DNA of 63,088 nucleotides, filler included, from 6 parts of 6 records of this genome joined end to end with filler, not necessarily neighbours in it, one strand, 5' to 3'; positions 1 through 10,236 are shown, numbered from the whole stretch's first letter. Notes: generated by a model not told the origin, from the sequence alone. Translations and numbers: made by a program.

Positions 1-602
1 GAGCCCTAAGGGCTCGACCCGGTTGTAGAAATTGAGAGATTTTAAAATTGATGCATTTAGATCGATCCCTGAGCCTCTGAGTTAAAATTACTGGCCACTC
101 GTCCGAAATGCTTTGGAATATTAGAATTTTAGATAGCTCTGAAAAATCGTAAGCATGTTATCCGCAAACTGGACCGCCACTGGCCAAAAAACTGGGTTGT
201 GCATCCAGGATGAGCTGTCCCCGGAAGATTCCGTTTGACGCTGCGAGATCGACCGGTGGCGTACCTGGACTTGTGGTTTTACTTTGAGGATAGATGCTTG
301 GAGCGTTGAGGCCGGTTCAGTTGTTGGCTGCTGTGGACCCGGCGCCAAACAAGAAACTCATAAAGAGTAAGCCACCATGAAATGGGGGCGCAGCGGTGCA
401 AGCGCAGTTGGAGCTTAAAATACTGGAGTTTCCAGTCAATCAAGGACGTGTTTGTAGCCGGAATTTGCAGAGGATTTTGTCGTGCCGAAGTCCAAAAACA
501 CAGTCAATTTGTGCTTAAATTCTGCGTGTGCGTGTTGAACGACGAGCTGGAATCGATGTGCGACATTTGGCTGAGATAGGTGAATCAGATAGATTTGACG
601 TC

Positions 603-3600
603 ATGCAATCCCCCTCGTTCTTCCTGAACTGTCGTAAAGCAGCTCTGCTGCTGCTGGCTATGCTCCTGAGCCTGAGTGTTGCCGACCTGCGGGCCCAGGC
701 CGATACTCGTCGAACAGCTGGCCCCACTGCTGACTCCAGTACCGACCTTGGTGTTGAGTCGCACGTGGTTCCGGGTCGTCTGTTTCCCGCCGGATTTTTA
801 CCTAATAATCAGCTGCTGAGTAATCCCACGTCCCAAGTTGCCGCGGCTGAGGTGCAGTACCTTGCCATGTTTGAGCATGTGCAGGTGTTTGTGCGTCCTA
901 CAGGTATCTCACATGTTTTGGCGCGGCCCCAGACGAAAACCCCTCAGGAAAACTTGCTCAGTGGTTCTATTGACCTTGAAGACGCTGAAGTGATTTCGGC
1001 GGCGCGTGCACATGAACTATTCCGCGTGGACATTGATCTGCTGGGAGCGAATATTTTTGCTGAAGCGCAGGCTCAAAAACCTGGCAAAGCAGTGCTGCGT
1101 CGCAATGGAAATCCGGCGAGTAAGGGATATGCGCGTTTGCGCCTGCCGCAGGTGTACGCGGGAGTTGACTACGTACTTGATGCGACGGCCAAGTCTCTGA
1201 AATCGGAGTTTCACGTCCAGCCATTTAGTGATCCTACAGCAATTGCGCTCGAGATTTCGGGTGCCGACAACGTTGAAATAGCGCCTGACGGCAGCCTCAT
1301 AATAACAACGCCGCTGGGTGAGATTCGCGAGCATGCGCCGCTGGCCTTCCAGCCTATTGATGATTTAGCTTTGGGTGATGTTTTTGATCCGGCGGCCGGA
1401 GCGCAGGTCGCGTGCCGATTTGTGCTCGACGGCAATATCGTGCGTTTTGAGTTGGGGGAGTTTGACAGATCCCGGCTGCTGGTAATTGATCCGCTTGTGG
1501 AGTGGAAAACGCTTTTTGGCGGCAATCGCGAAGACGTGCTGCGCGAGCTGCGCTGTGATGACAGCGATAATTTACTGGTGACCGGATACACGGGCAGCCT
1601 TGATTTTCCGGCTTCAGTGGGGCAGCTGACACTTGCGGGCGGCACCGACTGTTTTGTGGCGGAGCTCACACCTGCGGGAACACTGATCTGGGCGACGCTG
1701 TTGGGCGGCGCAGATGCGGATCGCGGTGTGGCGCTGACGACCGACAGCCAGGGCGAGATTACGATAGTAGGTTCAACGCTGAGCGATGATTTCCCGCGCT
1801 CGCTTAACTCCGCTCCGCGAAGTTTTAACGAAGATGCATTTGTGGCACAGCTTGCGCCCGACGGCAGTTTAAACTGGTCGGTATTACTGGCGGGCAATGC
1901 AACCGAATTTGCGCTGGATGTGAGCACGGCGGCGAATGACTTTGCTTGTGTGGTTGGTGTTACGAACAGCACCGACTTGCCGACTTCGGTTGGGCAGTTG
2001 GCACGCGCCGGATCCTTCGATGGATTTATCGCCGCTTTTGACCTCAGCGGTAATCTGGACTGGGCCGCCTACATCGGCGGCTCGGCGGTTGACCAGTGTT
2101 TTGCAATTACACGTGATGGCAATGACTTTATCATTGGCGGCCAGACGCGCAGCACCGATTTTCCGGTAACTGGCGGGCAGACAGTGCTCGGAGGAGACTA
2201 CGACGGTTTTGTAGCGCGGATTGCGGCAGACGGCACGCCTGACTGGAGCACATTCCTCGGTGGCCGCAGTCTGGATGGAGTGCAGGATTTGACGATGGCG
2301 GCGGACGGCGGAATTATCGCTGTCGGTTTTACGGCGAGCCCGGATTTTGGTGCGGACCGCGGCAAGATTTGTTTAAGTGCCGAGGATGTTTTTATCGCCA
2401 AAATGCGTCCGACCGGAACCGTAGAATGGAAAACCTTATTTGGCGGCAATGCCGGCGAACCCAATGGCGCGACGATTGGATTGCGTTTTGGACCTTCCGT
2501 CAGCACTGCGTCGGACGGTTCGATTTATCTGGCGGGAGCCACGGCAAGTACTGACCTCCCGGCTGGAATTGGCCAGACACAGCTGGCGGGTGACGAAGAT
2601 TTGTATCTGGCGCAATTTTGCGCCGACGGCGGCCTGGAGTGGAGCACCTACTGCGGCAGCACCGGCAAGGAACGCGGATTTGGCCTGGCGCTGGATAGTC
2701 GCGATCAGGTCTATTTTGGCGGATGGACAAACGGCACAACGTTCCCGGTTACGCAGGGGCGCACGCAGATTCTGGGCGGCTCCGATATTGTGCTTGGCAA
2801 GGCGACGGCAATCGACACCTGCGCCTTTACCTTAAGTGTTGAGCCTGCCGAACTCCTTGAAATTTGTGAAGGTGAAAGCATGATGGCGCGCGCCGTCACC
2901 GCCGATTGTTACGTGCTGGATAACTTCCGCTGGGTCGATCTGAGTGACGGCAGCATAGTTGCGCGCGGTGCCGAGTTTAGCGCCCTCAATGCTGGCGAAT
3001 ACGAAGTCCGCGCTTCCAGCCCCTGTGAGTGTGATGTGGTCGGCAAACTGCGTGTGATTGTTAACCCCGCGCCGAGTATTGTTGAGTTGCGCGATACGGT
3101 TTTTTGCCGCGACGGCAATGCTGTGCGTCTGGAGCCGAGTGTTGAAGCCGACGCGGGGCCTCTGCAATACAGTTGGAGTCCTGAAGCGGGCCTCTCGAAC
3201 CCCAATATTCGCCAGCCCTTTGCTTTCCCGGATGTGGCCACGACCTATTTGTTAAGAGTTGAAGACCGCAATGGCTGTGTGGCGACTTCGACTGTCCGCG
3301 TTGCGGTTGATGACTCTCCGACTGTTAACATTGTGGGTGACACACTTAAAATTTGTGCCGGAGAGACCAGTGCTGTTGAGCTGCTGAATCTGGATTCGGA
3401 TCTGGAAACGTTCTGGACACCGAGTTTACTGGTTGATAACCAGACGGCACGGCGACCGAATGCACGCGGGCTGGGCAATGGCTGGCTCTACCTTGAAGCG
3501 CGCAACCCCGCCGGATGTGTCAAACGCGATTCAATTTATATTCAGACAATAGACCCTGATGTCTCGCTGGATGTGAGCGAGCTGGACTTTGGAGTGCTGG

Positions 3601-5804
3601 GCGACTGCAGCGACGGTGAAGTGCTGCGCGCGCGTCTGCGCAATGACGGCGTTGTGGATGTGATGCTTAACACTCTGCGACTTAACTCTGCGGAGTTCAG
3701 CGTTGTAGAACCGGCGGTTCTGCCGCAGTCAATCGCGCCGGGCGCTACAATTGAAATTGCGATCCGCTACTCGCCAAATGCCACCGGCGAACACACGGCG
3801 CGCCTGATTATTGAGGCCGGCCCCTGTGATATCACATTGCAGGTACGCGTACGCGGACGCCGCGACGACCTGGCTCTGGCAGTTGCACCGGCCGAACTCG
3901 ACTTTGGTCAGCTGCTACTCTGTGAGCAGGCCGATGGCAATCTGACTTTAACATTGCGTAATGAAGCAGCGACGGATGTGCGTATCGACGGACTTTCGGT
4001 GCCCGCGCCATTCAGCCTGACGAGTGACGCCGTGCCATTTAACATTGCGCCAGGCGCCAGTGTGCAGGTGAATGTTTTGGCCGCGCTGCAGCAAGAGGCC
4101 GGCGCACAGGCCGACCTGACAATTGAGTTTAGCAATGGCGACTGTGATGCCGTGCGTACTGTTAAGGTGTTGGCCTCGGCGGCCGCTCCGCGCCTCGAAA
4201 TCGGCGCCACCGAATACGACCTTGGAATTTTGGGTGAGTGTGAACTTTCGCGCGACAGCACAATTACTTTAACAAACCGCGGCGCGATTCCGCTGACGGA
4301 TATTCGCTACAATCCGGCTCCCGGGCTTGCAGTGATTGGGACTGTTCCGGCAAGTCTTGCTCCGGGAGAATCGGCCGATGTGGCTGTGCGTATCAGCGCC
4401 GCCGCCCCGGGTGTGACGCTTGCAGTCATGCAGTTTTTGTACGAACCCTGCACGTCATCCACACTCAGTTCCGTGCGTATTGAACGCGGAACCGGCGGAC
4501 TTGAACTACCGGGCCTGATTGACTTTGGTCTGATAGAATTCTGTCCACCAACGACGGCTACACAGGCGCTGCTGCTGGTTAACAATGGCGCCGGCACTGC
4601 GGTGACAATTACCGATATAAATGTGCCGACTCCGTTCAGCCTGACGCCGAATTTGCCAATTGTGTTGGCTGCCGGCGAGGACCTGAGCTTGCCGCTGCGT
4701 TTTACACCGATGGTGGCGGGGGCTGTAACAGCAGACATTGAGTTAACAATTGAAGATTGTGAGGAGCCTCTGCGCGTGGCGCTGCAGGCGCGCAGCGCCG
4801 TCTATACGCTGGATGCGGCAGACCTTGATTTTGGAGGCCTGCTCGAAGGCCGGGCCTTGAGTCGTGAATTGATCGTTACGAACACTTCGGCTGAGCCTCT
4901 GCGGATTGAGGCTGTGGACTTGCCGGCTTCTGCTTTTCAGATTGTTAACATTTCACCGGCGCTGCCATTTGAATTGCCGCCCGGCGCGGAGCTGCGGCTG
5001 GAAGTCTTGTTTACTGCCGGTGTGGACGAGGCAGCAGCAGTCTTAACATTTTTAACGCAAAGCGAATGTATTGAGGATGACGTCGTCACGCTGCGTGGCC
5101 GCGGCATTCCACGCACGGTGACCAGTTCAACGATTGCCGTGCCGGACCTGCAGCGCTCTGTTTACGACCGCGCCGTGCGTGTGCCGGTGTTTATTACCGA
5201 TTTCACGCCGGCGACTACGGCACGTTTGGCATATACGGCCGAGCTGCGTTTTAATGCGAGTGTGTTTAATCCACTTGCCGCCCTGGACGCAGATATGCAA
5301 CTGCGTCGCGATGGTCAAGACGTTTTTGTGCAGTTAAGCGGTGAAGTTGAAGGTGTGCAGAGTGGAGATACACTTACCTGGCTGATAGGTGACGTGCTGC
5401 TTGGCAATACAGCCGAATCGACAATTGCAATTGTACAATTTGATTGGTCGGACGCAGAGATCGCTACGCAGTCTTCCAACGGTAGCCTGCGTTTGCTGGA
5501 ACTCTGCGAGCGCGGCGACGGCACACGTCTGCTTAACTATGTAGATCAATATGGCATTCACATCGTGCATCCGCATCCGGTACGCGGAGCGGTAGAAGTC
5601 CTTGTACGCACGCTCGAAACCGCACCAACACATTTTGATGTGGTCGATGTGAGCGGACGTGTCATAAAATCCGAGCAGTGGCTGCCGTCGGTGGTGGGGC
5701 AGTGGTTCCACGTGCGTTATACGGACCTTGCCTCCGGTGCATATTCGCTGATTCTGCGGTCTCCCGCGCGCGTGACGAGTGAGCGTCTCTTAATAATCGA
5801 TTAA
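603..5804 (+). CDS. Large secreted/surface protein: N-terminal beta domain, SBBP beta-propeller repeats, Ig-like segments, five choice-of-anchor-D (ASH-like) repeats, C-terminal T9SS-type sorting domain
   Basis: ORF 528-5804. ATG at 603 precedes a hydrophobic signal-like stretch (AALLLLAMLLSLSVA); start uncertain. SBBP-type repeats (W.T..GG...D; G.T.S.DFP; D.FVA.L...G...W). Five repeats start LDFGVLGDC, LDFGQLLLC, YDLGILGEC, IDFGLIEFC, LDFGGLLEG. C-terminus HPHPV...DVSGRVI...LASGAYSL...LLIID resembles a T9SS type A signal. Confidence 0.85.
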   Translation: MQSPSFFLNCRKAALLLLAMLLSLSVADLRAQADTRRTAGPTADSSTDLGVESHVVPGRLFPAGFLPNNQLLSNPTSQVAAAEVQYLAMFEHVQVFVRPTGISHVLARPQTKTPQENLLSGSIDLEDAEVISAARAHELFRVDIDLLGANIFAEAQAQKPGKAVLRRNGNPASKGYARLRLPQVYAGVDYVLDATAKSLKSEFHVQPFSDPTAIALEISGADNVEIAPDGSLIITTPLGEIREHAPLAFQPIDDLALGDVFDPAAGAQVACRFVLDGNIVRFELGEFDRSRLLVIDPLVEWKTLFGGNREDVLRELRCDDSDNLLVTGYTGSLDFPASVGQLTLAGGTDCFVAELTPAGTLIWATLLGGADADRGVALTTDSQGEITIVGSTLSDDFPRSLNSAPRSFNEDAFVAQLAPDGSLNWSVLLAGNATEFALDVSTAANDFACVVGVTNSTDLPTSVGQLARAGSFDGFIAAFDLSGNLDWAAYIGGSAVDQCFAITRDGNDFIIGGQTRSTDFPVTGGQTVLGGDYDGFVARIAADGTPDWSTFLGGRSLDGVQDLTMAADGGIIAVGFTASPDFGADRGKICLSAEDVFIAKMRPTGTVEWKTLFGGNAGEPNGATIGLRFGPSVSTASDGSIYLAGATASTDLPAGIGQTQLAGDEDLYLAQFCADGGLEWSTYCGSTGKERGFGLALDSRDQVYFGGWTNGTTFPVTQGRTQILGGSDIVLGKATAIDTCAFTLSVEPAELLEICEGESMMARAVTADCYVLDNFRWVDLSDGSIVARGAEFSALNAGEYEVRASSPCECDVVGKLRVIVNPAPSIVELRDTVFCRDGNAVRLEPSVEADAGPLQYSWSPEAGLSNPNIRQPFAFPDVATTYLLRVEDRNGCVATSTVRVAVDDSPTVNIVGDTLKICAGETSAVELLNLDSDLETFWTPSLLVDNQTARRPNARGLGNGWLYLEARNPAGCVKRDSIYIQTIDPDVSLDVSELDFGVLGDCSDGEVLRARLRNDGVVDVMLNTLRLNSAEFSVVEPAVLPQSIAPGATIEIAIRYSPNATGEHTARLIIEAGPCDITLQVRVRGRRDDLALAVAPAELDFGQLLLCEQADGNLTLTLRNEAATDVRIDGLSVPAPFSLTSDAVPFNIAPGASVQVNVLAALQQEAGAQADLTIEFSNGDCDAVRTVKVLASAAAPRLEIGATEYDLGILGECELSRDSTITLTNRGAIPLTDIRYNPAPGLAVIGTVPASLAPGESADVAVRISAAAPGVTLAVMQFLYEPCTSSTLSSVRIERGTGGLELPGLIDFGLIEFCPPTTATQALLLVNNGAGTAVTITDINVPTPFSLTPNLPIVLAAGEDLSLPLRFTPMVAGAVTADIELTIEDCEEPLRVALQARSAVYTLDAADLDFGGLLEGRALSRELIVTNTSAEPLRIEAVDLPASAFQIVNISPALPFELPPGAELRLEVLFTAGVDEAAAVLTFLTQSECIEDDVVTLRGRGIPRTVTSSTIAVPDLQRSVYDRAVRVPVFITDFTPATTARLAYTAELRFNASVFNPLAALDADMQLRRDGQDVFVQLSGEVEGVQSGDTLTWLIGDVLLGNTAESTIAIVQFDWSDAEIATQSSNGSLRLLELCERGDGTRLLNYVDQYGIHIVHPHPVRGAVEVLVRTLETAPTHFDVVDVSGRVIKSEQWLPSVVGQWFHVRYTDLASGAYSLILRSPARVTSERLLIID

Positions 5805-5889
5805 TACTTGATTGATGGTCGCTGGAAGGTTTTACACTAAGAAATATTGCTGCTGGGTGGCGTTGCCGCCCGCGCTTGATTTGTTTAAC

Positions 5890-8190
5890 ATGGACAGAAT
5901 GAACATACAGACGGCGAACATACAGACGGCAGGTAGCGCAGGCTCTTCCAGCGACAATCGAAGCACTGGTGGGCTGAGACCTGACATTGAAGTGTCTACT
6001 TCCACAAGGCCGACCGGCTCCTGCGAAGCCGCACTGCTGGTCTGTATCTTGTTCTTGCTGTTTAACTGTTTTGGGCTTGTGGCACAGGATTTCTCCGGCC
6101 GCTCAGCAGACGGCACGCAAGTTGACCGCCGAACGAATTCTGGCGAAGATTCCGGTCAGAACTTTGATGGTATTGTGACTGAAAGTTCTGGTGTTAATAC
6201 GCCTCCATCGGCGAATCCTGGTCCGCCGCGTTGGCGCGTCGGCGGGTTTATTGGCCTTGGACTGGGATTGCACTCGGCGACTTTTGCCGAATTGCCGGGG
6301 GTGCCATCCTGCTGTCCTGGTTATCGCGACGGGACGAGCTGGAGTCCGGGCCTGGCCCTTCTGGGCAACTACAATTTCGATGAGCAGTTTGCCGCTGAGC
6401 TGCGTTTGGCCTGGGCCGCGCAGAGTGGAACACTTTCGCGCGAGCAAATTGCCGGCAATGCGCGGCTTAACGATCAGACGGTTAACGCACTGGTCGATCA
6501 TCAGCTGGAAGTCGACCTGCAGCATTTCTTAAGTGAATTTGCTATCAGGTATCACCTGGAGTCCGCGCATCTGTGGTTTGACGGTGGTTTTCAGCTGGCC
6601 TGGTCACTCGGAGCAGACTTTAAACAGTCGGAAATTTTGTTAAGTCCCGACAATGCCGTCTTTGACAATGGACTGGCAGAACGCAATCAGCGTGAAGGCA
6701 CGATTGAGGACCTGAGTCCTGTGCGTCTGGGGCTGCAGGCCGGTATTTCAACGGAGCTGCCAATTGCGGATCAGTTAACGATGGCCCCGACTGTGCGTTT
6801 TACCTGGTCTCCGCAGAACGTGGTTGATGGGCTCGACTGGACTGTGAATACGCTTGAGTTTGGTCTGGCTTTTCGTTACGACCTGCATTCGCAGGATGAT
6901 CAGGTTCGCGACGCGAGCCCGCAGAGTCAGCCCTTGCGCGATCCTGCGCGCAGTTTGGATCCGCCTGTTGTTAACAATCAAGTGGAGCCCACTCAGCCGA
7001 TTGCTGCAAGCGGTGAGTTAACACTCAAAGTTTTTGGTCTGGATGCCGATGGCGGCCGCACAGAAAACCCGACAGTGCAAATTTATCGGCGCGATAGCCG
7101 CGAATACCTGCCACTGCTTTCGCAGGTATTCTTCGACGCCGGGAGTTCGGACCTTAACACTAGCCGCCAGAATCTATTGACTGAACTCGAAGCGCAAAAG
7201 TTTGCCGAGCGTCAGCTGAGCGGCTCCATCCTGGAGATTTACTACGATAATCTTAATATTATTGGCGAGCGCATGTTACGCGATCCACAGGCCGTGTTAA
7301 CATTAATAGGTCGGATGCCGCCGAAGGACTGGACGCAGCGCGACTCACTGTTGGCTGCGGCCCGAACAGCTGTGGTGCGCGACTACCTTCTTAACACTTG
7401 GGGGCTTGAGTCTGGGCGCCTGCCGATGCAGGTTTTGCCTGATGCAGTTGCGACTTCCAGCCTCAATCGCAATGATTGGCGCGAAGAACAGCAACGCGTG
7501 GAATTAACATCGGACACGTACGATATCACCGCTCCGGTATTTGTGCGCACAGCTGCCGACAGGGTTGTGCCGGAGACCTTGGAATACGAGGCCGAGTGGA
7601 CTGGCGAAACTCCGCTGGCGGACTGGAACTTAACAGTTGCGGCTCCCTCCGGATATCAACGCTCCTGGATTGGTGGCGGGAATCTCAGCACTGTACGGTT
7701 TAACATTCCATCGGCCAAATTACTCAACATTGACACTGAGCTGCGCGCAGAGTTAACAGGAACAACTTCCGATCAGGCCGCCGTTGAGGCCGAGACCGCT
7801 GTCGCCATGGAGTGGCTTTCTGCCGATGGCGCTGAGACTGGCAACGACGTCCGCCGCGAAAAGTTTTCACTCATTTTGTTCGAGTACAACAGCGATGAGT
7901 TGTTAAACAACAACCGCCAAATTTTGGAGCTTGTGCGTTCTCGCATTGAGTCACGTTCGCTTGTCACTGTCCTTGGTTATGCCGACCGCACGGGCACGCC
8001 GCGTTTTAACCGCGACCTTGCGCTGCGCCGTTGTAATAATGTTCGCGACTTTTTGATTGAGCGTGGAGTTAATGGCAGCATTATTTCGGTTCAGGCCGTC
8101 GGCAGCGATATTGTACTTCACGATAACGCCTTGCCGGAGGGCCGCAATTACTCCCGTACGGTCCAGATTTTGGTCACGACTCCATATTGA
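5890..8190 (+). CDS. OmpA-family protein with N-terminal outer-membrane beta-barrel
   Basis: C-terminal OmpA-C motifs (LILFEYNSDEL, VLGYADRTG, NRDLALRR, GRNYSRTV). Amphipathic beta-strands in the N-terminal half end in FGLAFRY. Start uncertain (5812, 5890 or 5899). Confidence 0.85.
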   Translation: MDRMNIQTANIQTAGSAGSSSDNRSTGGLRPDIEVSTSTRPTGSCEAALLVCILFLLFNCFGLVAQDFSGRSADGTQVDRRTNSGEDSGQNFDGIVTESSGVNTPPSANPGPPRWRVGGFIGLGLGLHSATFAELPGVPSCCPGYRDGTSWSPGLALLGNYNFDEQFAAELRLAWAAQSGTLSREQIAGNARLNDQTVNALVDHQLEVDLQHFLSEFAIRYHLESAHLWFDGGFQLAWSLGADFKQSEILLSPDNAVFDNGLAERNQREGTIEDLSPVRLGLQAGISTELPIADQLTMAPTVRFTWSPQNVVDGLDWTVNTLEFGLAFRYDLHSQDDQVRDASPQSQPLRDPARSLDPPVVNNQVEPTQPIAASGELTLKVFGLDADGGRTENPTVQIYRRDSREYLPLLSQVFFDAGSSDLNTSRQNLLTELEAQKFAERQLSGSILEIYYDNLNIIGERMLRDPQAVLTLIGRMPPKDWTQRDSLLAAARTAVVRDYLLNTWGLESGRLPMQVLPDAVATSSLNRNDWREEQQRVELTSDTYDITAPVFVRTAADRVVPETLEYEAEWTGETPLADWNLTVAAPSGYQRSWIGGGNLSTVRFNIPSAKLLNIDTELRAELTGTTSDQAAVEAETAVAMEWLSADGAETGNDVRREKFSLILFEYNSDELLNNNRQILELVRSRIESRSLVTVLGYADRTGTPRFNRDLALRRCNNVRDFLIERGVNGSIISVQAVGSDIVLHDNALPEGRNYSRTVQILVTTPY
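5901..5930 (+). repeat. Perfect 15-bp tandem duplication GAACATACAGACGGC x2
   Basis: Read directly; encodes NIQTA-NIQTA at the OmpA N-terminus. Confidence 0.95.
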
Positions 8191-8525
8191 TTTTGCAATC
8201 TCCACATTTTGACTACATGTTCTATTAAAGGGATGTGCTTGACTCATGAGCACTTCGCCCCCGGTCAAAAATAGATAACATCAAATGAAACAAAATTTAA
8301 GCCAGGTGGCTTGTTGTTTCTTTATGTTAGTCACTGCACCATCCGCTATCAATCACTGATCGACTTCAAGCCAGTTTTTGTGACTTTCAGCCCAAAGTCA
8401 GTTTCTGGCCCTGTCAGTTTGTAGCCGGCAAACCTCACCGTTTATCCGCAAATACAGTCCGTTTAACCACGACTTAACGCCCGTTCGTGTTATTTCACGA
8501 TTCAGCTATTGAATTTTGCTTTAAA

Positions 8526-8625
8526 NNNNNNNNNNNNNNNNNNNNNNNNNNNNNNNNNNNNNNNNNNNNTTAATTAATTAANNNNNNNNNNNNNNNNNNN
8601 NNNNNNNNNNNNNNNNNNNNNNNNN
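8526..8625. other. Artificial contig spacer
   Basis: 44 N + TTAATTAATTAA (all-frame stops) + 44 N. Confidence 0.99.
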
Positions 8626-8626
8626 C

Positions 8627-9205
8627 TGGCCCAATCTGGTGGTGCTGTGCGATATCTCGGGCTCCATGTCGTCCTACAGTCGGGCGGTGCTGCATTTCCT
8701 GCACGCGGTGGCGAACCGGAAGGGGCAGGGATGGGCGCGGGTCCATGCCTTTACCTTCGGTACGCGGCTGACCAACATCACCCGCCACATGGGCGCACGC
8801 GATGTCGATGCGGCGCTGGCCGCCGCCGGGGCCGAGGCGCAGGATTGGGAAGGTGGTACGCGGATCGGCCAGTGCCTGACCGAATTCAACCGCGACTGGT
8901 CGCGTCGGGTGCTGGGGCAGGGGGCCGTGGTACTTTTGATCACCGACGGGCTGGACCGCGACGACCCCGAGGCGCTGGCCGTGCAAATGGAACGGCTGCA
9001 TCTGTCCTCGCGCAAGCTTATCTGGCTCAACCCGCTGCTCAGATGGGACGGGTTCGCGCCGAAGGCCGCCGGGATCAAGGCGATGCTGCCCCATGTGGAC
9101 AGCTTCCGTGCAGGCCATAACATTGCCGCGCTGCAAGGGCTGGCCGACGCGCTGTCGCGGCCCGACGACATGGGTGAAAAAGCGCGCCTTATGCGGCTGT
9201 TGTGA
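8627..9205 (+). CDS. VWA domain protein, CoxE-like (5' truncated by contig edge)
   Basis: MIDAS motif DISGSMS, GGTRIG, ITDGLD and LIWLNPL typical of VWA_CoxE; frame is open to the contig start. Confidence 0.9.
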   Translation, partial: WPNLVVLCDISGSMSSYSRAVLHFLHAVANRKGQGWARVHAFTFGTRLTNITRHMGARDVDAALAAAGAEAQDWEGGTRIGQCLTEFNRDWSRRVLGQGAVVLLITDGLDRDDPEALAVQMERLHLSSRKLIWLNPLLRWDGFAPKAAGIKAMLPHVDSFRAGHNIAALQGLADALSRPDDMGEKARLMRLL

Positions 9206-9216
9206 CCGTTTCCAAG

Positions 9217-9245
9217 TTGACGGTATCGACAGACAGGGCTATTCC
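9217..9245 (+). promoter_or_regulatory. Putative sigma70 promoter of tRNA-Leu
   Basis: TTGACG-N17-TATTCC ending 12 bp before the tRNA 5' end. Confidence 0.5.
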
Positions 9246-9257
9246 GCCCCTTGCGTT

Positions 9258-9342
9258 GCCCGTGTGGCGGAATTGGTAGACGCAGCGGATTCAAAATCCG
9301 CCGCCGCAAGGCTTGCCGGTTCGAGTCCGGCCACGGGTACCA
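9258..9342 (+). tRNA. tRNA-Leu, anticodon CAA
   Basis: Acceptor stem GCCCGTG/CACGGGT, D-arm GCGGAATTGGTAGACGC, anticodon arm GCGGA-TTCAAAA-TCCGC, long variable arm, T-arm GCCGG-TTCGAGT-CCGGC, encoded CCA; 85 nt. Confidence 0.97.
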
Positions 9343-9376
9343 TCTTCAAGATTTGCTTCCGGTCTTTGCGCCGCAG

Positions 9377-10084
9377 CTAGACCGTATGGTCGTCGATCAG
9401 GCTGCTTGGCCGCGCGAATCTTTCCAGATCGTGCCTGTCGACGATTTCGATGCTGTTTCCATCCACCGTCACCCCGTAGGCCTGCAGGGATTTGAACGCC
9501 CGGCTCAGGTTTTCCGGGGTCATGCCGAGCAGAGCCGCCAGACGGCGCTTTTCGAATGGCAGGTCAAAGCGGCCTGACCCTCCCGACAAGGCATCGTGGC
9601 GCAGCAGGTAATTGGCCAGCCGTTCCAGCGAGGTGCGCAGTTTCAGATCCTTATGCGCCTTGACCACGGACCGATAGCATTGCGCCAGTTCGGTAACGAT
9701 GGCCCGCGCGAAATGGGCGTCCTTGTCGAAGGTCGAGCGCACATCCTGACTGGGGATAAGCGCGATGCGGCTTTTCTCGATGGTTCGTGCCGACATGAGA
9801 TAAGGGGCGTCGCGGATGGTTGCGGCCAGAATGAAGGTCGAGACAGGGCGGACCGTGGCCATGCTGGTTTCCCGTCCGTTCCAGGACGAGAACAGCTCGA
9901 CCGAGCCCGACAGGATCACATGCAGGAAATCGCTTGGATCGCCTTCGTTGATCAACTCGATCTGAGAGGGAAAATTCTGGACGTAGGAGGCCCTGATCAG
10001 GCGGTCAAAGTATTCATCTTCCATCTGCGCAAACAGATCGAGTTTGCGAAGGTTTTCGCGTTCCGACTCAGGCACTGACCTCAT
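9377..10084 (-). CDS. narR: Crp/Fnr-family regulator, NarR/DNR type
   Basis: cNMP-binding fold plus HTH (LGMTPENLSRAF). No N-terminal Cys cluster, so not an O2-sensing FNR. Divergent from narK-narG as in Paracoccus narR. ATG 10084 preferred because the longer start overlaps an FNR box. Confidence 0.8.
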   Translation of the reverse strand: MRSVPESERENLRKLDLFAQMEDEYFDRLIRASYVQNFPSQIELINEGDPSDFLHVILSGSVELFSSWNGRETSMATVRPVSTFILAATIRDAPYLMSARTIEKSRIALIPSQDVRSTFDKDAHFARAIVTELAQCYRSVVKAHKDLKLRTSLERLANYLLRHDALSGGSGRFDLPFEKRRLAALLGMTPENLSRAFKSLQAYGVTVDGNSIEIVDRHDLERFARPSSLIDDHTV

Positions 10085-10100
10085 CCCCCAAAATGGTTGC

Positions 10101-10114
10101 TTGATATTTATCAA
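10101..10114. promoter_or_regulatory. Perfect FNR/DNR box TTGAT-ATTT-ATCAA
   Basis: 10/10 match to TTGAT-N4-ATCAA, 16 bp upstream of the narR ATG; position suggests autorepression. Confidence 0.9.
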
Positions 10115-10236
10115 GTCTAGTTCACGGCATTGTCAAACAGATACAAGAACTATGCCAGTGCATGTCTTGATGCTCATGGCCGCGCGGCATGACATCAATT
10201 CGCTGCATCCTTGTTTCGTCGAGATCCGGTCATTTC

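Noticed and set aside
1..348. Palindrome GAGCCCT-A-AGGGCTC at 1-15 and a 75-aa minus-strand ORF at 121-348
   Set aside because: Single short palindrome at a contig edge; the ORF has a TTG start, no clear RBS and no recognisable motif.
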